A DNA stretch of 64,000 nucleotides from Rhodosorus marinus CCMP1338 (Eukaryota; Plantae; Rhodophyta), in the NCBI GenBank assembly GCA_029953675.1, contig JAMWBK010000006.1:1488001-1552000 (forward strand). The letters run 5' to 3'. The notes beneath the pieces are model-generated. The model worked only from the letters and a program-made list of their open reading frames with translations, was not told the origin of the DNA and made no database searches. Position numbers and translations under genes: made by a program. Shown here one piece after another: positions 35,601 through 45,215 of this stretch (the stretch's first letter is position 1; each line of letters opens with the position of its first letter).

Positions 35601-36711
35601 CATCTCCAACAGTCACGACCAGGTTGTTATCCTCGTCAAAGGCGAGCCCACCGCCGACGTGGCTCTTGTCATTCACTGAAAGGCAGTCCGCATTTTTATT
35701 TGCTTTGAGTGCTTGTTTGCATCCAAACCCTTCCTCCTTTCCGATGACAATCTCCCGAGATTTCTTGTCTTCGCGCTTCCCATTAATAATCATTGTACGA
35801 ACAACTCGTCCAGTTCTCGCCTTCTGGTAGTCGGCAGCTCGCTTCGTATGGTCATATACATGGAAGAAGTACAGATAAGGCTTCTGTTTGTAGTCATTGG
35901 CGATGGCTATCGACATGATTCCACGGTCGTGATAGTCGTTGGTCTCATCCCTCACATCCACTACGTCTTTCTGAATGATCCGCCCCTGCTTACTGAGCCG
36001 GAGGATACGTCCCTCGTTCAGTCCGACAAGGACATTGTCATTAGGCTCGAAAAGGAAATCCACGGGTCTGAACATGACGTCCTTAGAAAACCTCTCCTCT
36101 TCAAATCCAGTTGGCCAGTTGCCCTCGCTAAGGAAGTTCACGCGGGAGGAGACATCAAGTCTCGGTCCCGTGCTAAGCCTAGAGAAGCTACGAATGTGCT
36201 TCACCTCATCGCCACCTCCTCCATAGTATTCCAACTTCACCAGATTCTTGAAGTAACAGTTTTCCATCCCGGCTTCAAACTCCCGTCTCTTGTTAAAGTG
36301 CATATCCACGAGCTCCGAATCCGCAGTCTCATCAGCGCCGGCGAGGTTCCGCCCAATCATTATCTTCGCAATTGCCTTGAGGGAGTCGGAGCTCTTCGCG
36401 ACGAACATGTTCTCCTCCGTATCCCACTCGATTTCCAGATCTCCAATCGCGGGAAGGAGCTGCTCCAACTTCAGTCTCGCGGCTAAGCCGCAAGGTGAGT
36501 TCCGATGAATGACATCCCAGTTCACGAGCTTGATTGTCAGCGTATCCGTGCAGTTCGAGCAGTCCTGCAGAATAGTGTTTCCATTGTACGTCTGAAATGA
36601 GCTATCGATAGTCTGCACTATTGGCTTACCCTCTGCCAATCCCACAAGCAGGCAGCCGACCAAAAAAACCAAAGCTGCGCTCCGTCCGACACGCATCATC
36701 TTTCTTGCCAT
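32677..36711 (-). CDS. Secreted multidomain GSDH/PQQ-type sugar dehydrogenase-like protein, paralogue 3 (1344 aa, intronless, Lys-rich)
   Basis: Signal peptide MARKMMRVGRSAALVFLVGCLLVGLAEG. SNase-like RNSPCGLAARLKLEQLL...MENCYF. SHVGGGLAFDEDNNLVVTVGD, YATGVRNP, GANFGWPCFE. Two Big_5-like domains, a PKD-like HHCSYTTPPSCHTH, one SQPAG repeat, a P/T linker GGTPTIGPAPPTPNPTGG and three [LI]RPRG-type modules. Confidence 0.9.
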   Translation of the reverse strand: MARKMMRVGRSAALVFLVGCLLVGLAEGKPIVQTIDSSFQTYNGNTILQDCSNCTDTLTIKLVNWDVIHRNSPCGLAARLKLEQLLPAIGDLEIEWDTEENMFVAKSSDSLKAIAKIMIGRNLAGADETADSELVDMHFNKRREFEAGMENCYFKNLVKLEYYGGGGDEVKHIRSFSRLSTGPRLDVSSRVNFLSEGNWPTGFEEERFSKDVMFRPVDFLFEPNDNVLVGLNEGRILRLSKQGRIIQKDVVDVRDETNDYHDRGIMSIAIANDYKQKPYLYFFHVYDHTKRAADYQKARTGRVVRTMIINGKREDKKSREIVIGKEEGFGCKQALKANKNADCLSVNDKSHVGGGLAFDEDNNLVVTVGDGEFASVVPSAINAQRLTSLSGKILRISTKRATLGEGLKNNPYFDGNGKHIRSKIYATGVRNPLHIHPSTTNKNRFYIGDVQWSSMEEIDVVTAGANFGWPCFEGTLPLKFWAKTDECKKLIANKKHKEPLIEYPHFEGKSYAVMIGERISIKGWPNRYYDVLTYADNAHRFIGFAKLNNQDVLVEDLDRVYVSAAPVQVRAGPDNSLYFISVYGIGELTKVTYTRDKTPVKVNLTPDPGTQIKTRNSVFNGKFTKSVEPDSATRQNVFLRNAKGVRIAADYKFDYGRRSFELTVTKALTAGEKVSLVVKSGRAGVVDLDGGVLNKDLIYTYTVSATVDKKDPTVVSTRPKHKEEDVDPSDDIRVRFSEALDASTVSGSYTISKKGAGEVNGGEAEYDASARAITIKGANLDFRTTYIVAFKAKNGVKDLAGNSLSENFQFSFRTGKNPSSIDASITKPSKTLKVEVGDSIPFAGVAIDTRNGNNIPREAFGWQLLIHHCSYTTPPSCHTHSAGQAEGTRSGTFKAATHEDNFFYEVLMVVTWRGETVQVSQFVETKKVRFNFESQPAGVPLSLTGYTVNAPFSELVVLGSDAQVFAPETYGPNNQWKFVRWAGGGPRIQNIKILKATTYRAIYAKETSGGTPTIGPAPPTPNPTGGNIVVTNPRKFLRLSGGIPVSVTFTAPAPAEISLSIQVATESGAIVNQRFNVPQGSGKRDLTLRGYGQLKEGETYRVRVDLRPRGAEFSDRYAGTIYIALASSRPGIPSRSSVRFVRKAHSDRISADGPYYVKTSWAASEPSDIFLTIQSTKEKNRIAVAKKEVGRGYGVEDIGPLDFSGLTPQRGPYNVQLAIRPRGTMASQNKATVINKVNVQQHDHVTILGSSTIIPKQGPLKVEVAWVALVVAAQGRDLFVELHTLGKNSVIRKKISVKPGPGQATINLNYNNLDPSLVYELRAVLKTKTGLFEDRDLRLMIVEQ

Positions 36712-39700
36712 GACCTGACGAGCTCTCCTTCAGGCAAACGCAGGCAAACCACAAAACCCAAGTCTCTCCTTATCTCCGTACCGTTCAACCTGATCACTTA
36801 TTCCATCGTTGGGGGCCCTTCTATCCACTTCAAACAGCACCGATGGAGATGACTAGGAGGATGATCAATAGTCCCTTCTCACTAGCACTAAGGCGATAGT
36901 GCAGTGTTCACGTCCTCCTCAGTCTTCGTCCAACACTGCCGTTCGAACATCCCGCCACTGCAAACGCTGATTATAGCTGTTACATTTATAGAGCTGAAAT
37001 GTCCAGAGGCTCTCAACCAGAGATAAGCAGGACAAAACTATCCCCAGAAAGAAAGGTAACCACAGGACGAACAATTCGTATTCTGGCCCGTTGCTACCAA
37101 ATTTCTCACGCCAAATGGGAAAGAATTCGGAAAACGCGATTTACCGATCGGAAACAGTTGAGAAAACTATCCATTGGTAAAACACCAAAAAGAAAAATAA
37201 GATCAAAAACTTAAAAACGAGAGAAAATGGGGAAGAAGGTGGGGGGGGGGAAGGATTATGGCCCGCAGGAACAATTTTCTTCAGCGCAAGTTGCGACATT
37301 TGCCTTCTCTTCCACCAACCGGGTGGGCAGTGAGCTCCACCACATCGGTAAGACCACTCAAAGCAAATGCTCAAGTAAGTGAAAAACATTGGAAAAACAC
37401 CGAAATCGATCTTCTCTTATGTTTTTTGCCGATCTCAGTTTGCCGCCCCGCTCCCCCCCAACCACCCCTCCTTTCCTCTTCGCCTTCTGTTCCCGTTCAA
37501 CTCACCCCCCCAGAGCGGACGGGCGGTCGGAATAGGGTGTCTAGTGTGTCCTGCCGGTTGAGACGGGTTGGGGACACGCTTGACCACGAACGGGCCAGTG
37601 AAAACCCAACCCCACTGATATAATATCAAAATGGATCTGACGTGTTGCGAATGAATACGAAAACTCAAGAAAAGACAAAGTTACGTTACGATTCTGTGTC
37701 CTTATTTGACCCCCTTCTTCTTCTGTGATAGGTGAAATCGAATGTTCCCGACAAGGAGTAACCACTGGACAAAGCCGGATCCAAAGTTGTATTTTTTAAT
37801 ACATGAACGGACGTGAAACTCTATCCAAAAAACTTTTCAAAGAGAGTGTTCAGCGGGAATTGAAAATATTTCAACACAATTCCCTTTTCCGTCTTCTGAC
37901 GGGTAGGAAAATGTTTGCAAAGGATCCTTTACCATGAGCCAGTCCTCGCTCAACTGCCCCCCCCCTCCGCCCCTTTTCACTTTTCATTTCAAATGCACCC
38001 GTTATCGGAAAAGCACAGCGTACGTTTTTCTGCCCTAACACCTGGAAAAACAACGCTTTCTCTATTTGCCATGTAGCGCGGATTTTCATTTCAAACCGGC
38101 GGAGGGGCTGCTGCAACTTTTTAACTTGATCCACATGCAAGTATCCAGTAAACTGCCCATTCTGCTTTTGCACAGTCAATAGCTCCCACCCCTTGTTTCT
38201 GTTCTCAAAATATCCGGAGTTCCAGTACAGTACTTTTCGTTGGGCGGAATGCATATTCAGATAAGTGTCATCAACAAGAACTGATAATGGAGTTGAAGAG
38301 GAACCGAAATAGATTGATTACTGCGTTCTGGCACGTGACGAAAACACTCTGCAATCATATCGTTTATTCTAGTATATTTTCGATTAGATCCGGTCGGTTC
38401 CAATGGGGGGGGGGGGTTGAAAGGACAAGATTGCGCGGGCTTCATCATCCTCAAATGGATTGTCAGGAATTTTGTGTCTCATTTTGGCGAAGTAGCTCCA
38501 GATGTGGTCGATCAATACATCGTCATTGTCTCCAGTCCGCATTCGCGTTGCCCTCCTCTTCCCAAAACAACTGAAATATTTGAAATATCCTTTTCTTCTC
38601 TTTGCTGCCTTTGTCAAGCCAGCGATTTGAGGGGTTTTGTTTGCTAAGCGGGTAGCGAAAAAAAAAGAGCAAAAAACCAAACAAAGCGGCAATGTGAGGC
38701 CACCAACACGGAAGGCGTGGAAGTAACCTAACAAAAGCGAAAAAATTTGTAAGAATATTTGCTCTTCATCGGCATTTGGACCAAAACGTTGTTTAATGCC
38801 AAGGAAGAGGCCGGGTGCGCAAGAGGGGGTGAAGGTGCGGAGGGAAGAATAGAAGGTGAGGGGGGGGGGAGGGGTTTGAAGAGGGAGGGGAGGGGGGGTT
38901 GAATGGTTGCTCAGAAAAAACTTCATAATTTCTCCCTAGCGTCCCTTGTAAAACTCCGGTGTCCCAACATGATCCATTTTTTGCTTACGAATATTGATGT
39001 CCTTCACAGAAAATTTAAGCCATGGTTGGCAGTAGATTTCCTTTTAACTCAGCAAATTCATTGTTGAAATATCGTTGAATTATTGAGAGTGCTTCATTTT
39101 GAAACTCGTTGGTTGGTCAAATCGTGGGTCAATTCATAGGAAAGGAAAGGCCGGGTTTGTTAGCCTTGATGCCTTGTGCGGTGAAGAAAAATAGCCATCT
39201 TTACGCAGAAGAATAGTCTAATTAATGATAGAATACCAAAATCTGTTCTTGTTTGTTCTGAGTTTTTTTATGTTTTAGAGTGGAGACGAGCACGGGTCAA
39301 GTTCTAGGTGCTCAAGGCTCGAGAAGATAGGGTGGATACCGCAGATTTGGAAAGTCTGGAACTGCTCCGGTTGACACGCCACGCCACATCTTCAGTTTCT
39401 CCGTATTCGTGGAATCACTAAAAAAAATTTGAGCCATCCGTTGCTTCGTTGCTTCCAGTGGATGCTGCAGTTCGGTGCATGCCCATATGAAGTTGAGAGG
39501 GAGAGGCTTCCTGGAGCGCGGTTCGTTTGGCAATTTTTGAAGAGCTGAGAACAATTGTGGCTGTGCAGCTGGGTAGGCGAGTACCTAGAGGTAGCTGCCG
39601 CTCCCAATTCCGGTTGTTTGATCGGGATTCGACTTCATTTGGAGGTAGATATAAAGGCCTTGTCGCGATGGCTTCCCTCGGTTCAGTAAAATTCGGTCTT

Positions 39701-39878
39701 TCCTTTGTCGTGGGTATATTTTCGGAACATAGCTACACAAATGCAGCCCTGGAATAGCAGTGCACACACTTTATTGCTGCTTTCTCCACGTAGTATATCA
39801 GATGGGGGATAGTTAAATCGTTACCCGACATCCGTGGCTTTCAGCGGATGTTTGGAGCCTAGACCTGGTGGTGTAAGC

Positions 39879-40029
39879 CCTCGTTCCATACACATTCGAG
39901 AGGGCTGTGCATGTACTTTGTGGCGATGACCTGGTGCCATATACATTCGAGAGGACATGGACTTTGTAGCGATGACCTCGTTCCATGTATATATTCGAGG
40001 AGGGTTGTGCATGGACTTTGTAGCGATCT
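39879..40029. repeat. Imperfect minisatellite, three units of 51, 46 and 54 bp
   Basis: Consensus-like cctcgttccata..cattcgagaggg.tgtgcatggactttgtagcgatga at 39879, 39930 and 39976. Confidence 0.8.
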
Positions 40030-40542
40030 CCCTTCAACCCGCTCTGCTTGTGGTCCTAGTCATGGTGCTGTTTTGGAAAAGGTATCCAGGAAAGAGAAAA
40101 TTCGCGGAAAAGCTATGTCTCTTCGATGTGAGAGCGGGAGTGGCGACCGGCTCAATTTGACCGAGTCGTTCCTAGGGAATTGCAATCCTCCTATATCACC
40201 CGGAATCTTCCCTTCCTGCCGCGCCCATATCTCGAGCGCAGGGATGTCCGCTCTATGAAGAAAGGTTCGTGGGAGACTTTTGGGCGAAACTTGGATCACC
40301 ATCTCTCAAGGGGGCCGCTCCCCCCGCCGTGATCAGGTCTTGAAAAACAAAACATAGCCATTCGGCCAAACTAAAACTAGGCCGAGAGTACTTCAGGTTC
40401 CGCAAATAGTTTCAGCAATGAAAATAATAACAGGCTTCCTGATCAAGTTCTTTATGAAGTTCGTTCATCTTCCCAGGTGGAAAATTAGTTACGCACCATA
40501 GTTTACATGGATGATGATGTTACATGCTTTCTTATTTTTGTA

Positions 40543-40652
40543 AGGGTAGGAGGAGCCGACAGGGTAGGAGGAGCCGACAGGGTAGGAGGAGCCGACAGGG
40601 TAGGAGGAGCCGACAGGGTAGGAGGAGCCGACAGGGTAGGAGGAGCCGACAG
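40543..40652. repeat. Perfect 18-bp tandem repeat x6 (agggtaggaggagccgac)
   Basis: Six identical units 40543-40650 plus 2 nt. Translates to (RVGGAD)n, (GRRSRQ)n, (LSAPPT)n or (CRLLLP)n depending on frame. Confidence 0.95.
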
Positions 40653-42754
40653 TGTGGAGCCAGCGATGAATGGGGATCGATTAGACCGTCCCCTACCAGA
40701 CTTATGAATGTGTAGTGGTCCTCAAACTTTGGGGCATGCATCGACAGGACATTTGTTGAAAATCCAATGCCATAAATCCTTCGGCAGAGGAAATCTGTTC
40801 AATTTTTTATCACCGAACGGAAGCAGGGCATTGGATTGTCACGCGGACTGGTACTGAATTCTTTTCAGAGCTCGAACAGGAACACCCTCATGATGGTCAC
40901 AATGAGGTCAATGCAGCCGCCAGGAGATGGATTGTGCTCGTGTTCCTTTCTTGAACTGTAGCTTCGCGTGTTGAATTTCGGTTTACCTTGATTTCTCTTA
41001 GCAAATGTTTTAGAAACAATGAGCGATGTCTTGGTGGGGTGAAGGCTAGAACTCGACCGAAAGTTGCTGGCCGAGCTTGGTGCCTGGGAATCTGGAAGTC
41101 CATAAGTGAATACTCGAGAGAGGAATCTTCAACTTTCTGCTGCGATAGCTGACTCTCGATTGTGCACCGACAGACCATGCTCGGGTGCGGCCAAACCACC
41201 AATCGCGCTTTGGATTTCTCGAACACCCTCACCCGCTTGGGTCACTCTGATCCCATAGAAAGTCACAGACGCACACACTAAATCGTTCATTCTGCGATCG
41301 CAGTGCATCTGCATGCGCATAGCGAACCCACACTCACCGGCGCATCTGAATACCTACGGCGCCTCCTTCAATGAGACCCAAAACCCGCGTTCACTTTTCG
41401 CCCCTCAAAAAAAAACCAGTCCAAGTTCAGTCATTTTCAACGGATTCAATCATCGTCTCTTCTAAAACATTCGCCACGGTCATTGGATGAAATCTAATGA
41501 AACCCTAAAAGTTTGGAAGGTACTGTTCATTTTTTAATATTTTCAAGGATCCGTCGCCGGAGTTTCATGAAAATATTGATAATATTAGCATTTTATGTTA
41601 AATGTTTTAATTTTAGGTGTAGTCTGATGACGTCAAGAAATAAATTGAAAAACATTATTGCGGAGGCGAGAATAAGCTCCATTGGCGAGTTCCTGGGGAC
41701 CTACGCTTGCGGCAAGATGACGAAGGCGGTGGCAACAGGATGTATTACATAGGGCAAACCCTGCAAAGTGTTTGCCCTATGCTCATGATGTAGTGTTTTC
41801 TCTCCCCCCTGTAAGGCCTTTTTCGGGGGCTTCGTGAACGATTCCTGTCCGCTATCTGCCCAGTACCATAGTTTGGAACAGGAGAGAAGGGCATGATGTA
41901 GAACGCGTTTCACCGGGAACCCTTTCCTTAGCGGGAACTGCTTGGATTTCCGCAGGGAAGGCTTTCGTCCGCCTAGGAAAGCGTTTTTTCCCCTCGTTTA
42001 CATAGTTAACTCTCGCGCTCATGCCCCTGAGGCATGAGCGCGTAATCTGCGGCTTCCGCTGGACCTCAGTGCTTATATTGGGTCCTAAGAAAGACGCGAA
42101 TAGCACTTGAAAAAAAGCAGCAATATAACCTCCGAAACACTCGCAACATGAAGATCGGCCTCTCTTTCGGCAGCTCGCGTCCTCCACAAACGGAAAACCA
42201 CTTGAGCGAAATGAGCAATCGGTCCGCACACAAAAATTGTCGTCATTCGAGGTCTATGCGGATAGCAGGTCCCTGTCCATGCTCAAGTGCAGGGCGGACC
42301 CTGTCCATCGTCATGGTGTTCTCCTCGCACATATTCGGCTTTATTAGCATGTCGCTGAGAAACGCCGAATCAGTCTATCAGGAGTTTGACCGGGTGGAGT
42401 AAACGCTTGTGACGGTGAGGTATTTTCTCCAAAGGCTCCACCATATGAATTTTGACGTGCGCCTTCCATCCTTGCTACAAGCGTCTTATCTGAGGACGCC
42501 AGGAAACAAGCAGCGCCCGAATGAATCATCCGATAGCAGACGTTGGAGTAATCAAATCGCTGAGCTTTGCCGTGCTGTAGCCGTTTGGACTAATTTACTG
42601 GGCCATACTAGGGGAAGTCTAGCACGAGGGTATCTTCACAACTGGTGAGGAAGGTGTGAGCGAGAAATGTTTTGTCGGCTAAAGGTTTTACTTTAGAAAA
42701 ATTCGCAGGTTTTCGAAGGCGGTAACTCATGTATTGACCTGAAACAGAAAAGAA

Positions 42755-43408
42755 ATGGAAAGGTGTTCTTTCATATTGCCAATCGGTGCGACTCATCGAG
42801 CGAGTCGGCGGTTGGTACGGAGGCTGGTTGCTGAGGAAGACGTCAAAGAGCAGCATCAGGAGGTGCTAAACGAAGGTTCAGTGTACAAACCTACGAGGGC
42901 AAGAGCTGTGCTCGCCCTACCAAGGACGATTGTGAAAGAAGCTGAATTCTATTTCAAGTACGCTCGCACTCCAGGTCACCGGGTGCATTCTTTGGGGAGG
43001 GTTTTGTGCTGATTCCCCCGCTGCTGCTCACTTCTGACTCCTTCTTCGCTGACTCTCGCTAGGGAACGGCCTAGGAGACTCCTCACGGCTGGCTCAATTG
43101 CCGTACTCATGGGTTTCTTTGGTGCAACAAGCGCTGCTACGATTATTGGATCTGTCGCTGATTGGGATCCTCTTGCCGCAGGTACGGGGTAGTGAAAAAA
43201 TGCCATTTTGGATGGTCAAGCCGCTAACTAAAGCTCTCACGGTATCTTTTCGTTGTCTAAACAAGCTGTGTTGCTTTTCTGGACCGAGACTTTCACTCGT
43301 ATCTACTACACGTCTGAAACGAAGACGATACCAATGAAGCTGATAAACGCCTTCAAAATCGGGCTAGTTTATGGTATGGCCGTGGAGGCCATGAAGCTGG
43401 GCACATAA
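42755..43408 (+). CDS. Nuclear Ycf20-like (DUF565) thylakoid membrane protein with transit peptide; join(42755-42957,43063-43181,43266-43408)
   Basis: Spliced protein ...FYFKERPRRLLTAGSIAVLMGFFGATSAATIIGSVADWDPLAAAVLLFWTETFTRIYY...KLINAFKIGLVYGMAVEAMKLGT matches the Ycf20 pattern (WD..AA, E...R.YY, N.FK.G..YG...A.KL). Phases consistent. Confidence 0.85.
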
Positions 43409-43449
43409 AGTCCATGTACAAAGGTCTATCGCGAACTGGAGCCTTAAAG

Positions 43450-45215
43450 AATTAATTAGTTTGAGCAATCGAGCAACTGTCCTTTTGTGCTCGCAGAGGA
43501 AGCTTCGCCCTTGCTCCCCCGGTCGGGTAGCTTGGACACTCGCTGGAACAGATTGCATACGGCTCGAGAGGTCGTAGCTGGTGACATTTACGAATCTGAG
43601 CCGCCATTTGAAGCGTTGACGTCCAAACGTGGTTATAGCCTCGGATACTATAAGAACCCGAAGGCCCTTAGAAACTTGGTTCATCGCGATCTCCAAAGTT
43701 TGGCTGTTCGTCGAAGCGAGAAGGTTGGAGATGCTCTGCAGGGGAAAGTTGCTTCTAGATAGGGATGAGCGGTGGAGTAGCTCATCATTACTATAGCTGA
43801 TGTAAAAACACGCTTGTCATGGTCCTCCTCCTGTTGCTGGATGTCCATCTTACCGCGACAGGACTTACCAACTGAGCTCTTTCCCCTTCTCGTCAGCGGC
43901 CAACGCCGAAAAGGGGCGGGTCCTCACAGCGTTCTCAGTATTCCGGGGCCACTGGGGATCACCCATGCCAAAGGAGAGGAGCACCCATCAAAATACAACC
44001 GGGCCGATACACCGGCAGATCTGAACTCTGCGAAGGTTGTCGGATGAAAAACCACGCTCTGTCCACCTCAGAACAGCTTGAGCGTTTGCGCTCTTCCTTT
44101 CAGGGAGAGAGAAAGAGAGAGAGCGCAGAAGGATGGGTATCCAGATTCAGTCATCCTCACTCGCTCTAAAATTCTAAAGCAAAAAGCTCCGCACTGCTAC
44201 CCCTGAGCATGGTTGGTGCAGTCAACAACAGGGAGATATGCTGAAGTTGATTGAAAGATGTACTGGGACAGGCTGTCGTGTTGGTTCGTCTAAGCTGCTC
44301 AGGCACTGAACGCCCGCAGATCAGGAAGGAGAGTAGCACACCAGTAAAAATTTTATCGGTTCACCCTTACTATTTTGTAGTGCTGAAGTTCTTGACAGCC
44401 CCCCAAGTGCTGACCTCTTCGGACCAAAGGCGAACGACCCTGGACTATATCCGAGGGGTACTTGGTGTATGAGTTTTAGAGCGACCGCAAGCAGGAAGCA
44501 GCCCAGCTCTCTTTTCACTTGCGACGTTAATCTCATTTTCATCAAACAGCAGAGCGAGTCCACGGCTGCCTCCTCAAAGCACTGAATTTTTTTTTTCAGA
44601 GAAAAATAACCTGCCCGCATTGGTAGCGCTAGTCGTTCATCATTCCAGCCCAAGCTGGAAACCGCGACCCCTAGAACTGTGGGAGAACTGGGAGAACGCG
44701 AATTTTGGTATCGAGGGAAACCGACCAGTTCCGATCTTCAATGTCAAAGCCCAAGTATTCGTCCAAGAGCGTCTGATCTAGGACTTTCGGGGTGCAAACA
44801 ATTTGTATTCCCCGTGCCAACCAACTCGGATCACTCGCCTCCGGTGCTTCATAAAATTGCATTAGTAGAAAAAAGCTAAAGAGCCTACCAGTGTTTCTGC
44901 CACTCGCGAGGAAGACGCTGCTAAAATCGAAGAGGTTGGGTGATGCTGTGAACGGGTAGTAGATATTTCAGTCCTGGAGAAAGCCTAAGGTGCTGGGGCA
45001 GGGGGGGTGCATTGGGAGGGGTTGGGGTCTAGCGGGGGGCTGAGTAGCAGGATATTCCCTTTGGTATTTCCTTTGAAGAAATTGTCTTTAAGGGCTTTTA
45101 GTGTGAGAGTATCGAACGTTGGGAGTGTGCGCGTGTTTTGCTTTTGTGTGGAGAGGGCCTTCCTTGGTGGGAAGAGGGTCTTGAGAAGGAAGCAAGATGA
45201 AGGTCATAGCGAGAA
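43450..45215 (-). CDS. Probable multi-exon gene of unknown function, head-to-head with RAD23
   Basis: Open protein-like segments with GT/AG borders (…NIYYPFTASPNLFDFSSVFLASGRNT|APEASDPSWLARGIQIVCTPKVLDQTLLDEYLGFDIEDRN…; …SNFPLQSISNLLASTNSQTLEIAMNQVSKG…). Full model and start not resolved. Confidence 0.3.

Noticed and set aside
15743-36508. Many plus-strand ORFs of 60-257 aa overlapping the three large genes
   Set aside because: Antisense shadows of long coding frames; no motifs.
15119-36711. Interpretation as a bacterial contaminant contig or operon
   Set aside because: The genes are 4-5 kb apart in AT-rich spacers with eukaryote-like features, there are no operon partners, and the flanks hold spliced nuclear genes. 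Not formally excluded without read-level evidence.
39527-39575. IFEELRTIVAVQLG resembling an acyl-carrier-protein helix
   Set aside because: No downstream DSL phosphopantetheine motif.
39879-40652. CRISPR-like arrays
   Set aside because: Head-to-tail tandem repeats without unique spacers; no cas genes; eukaryotic context.
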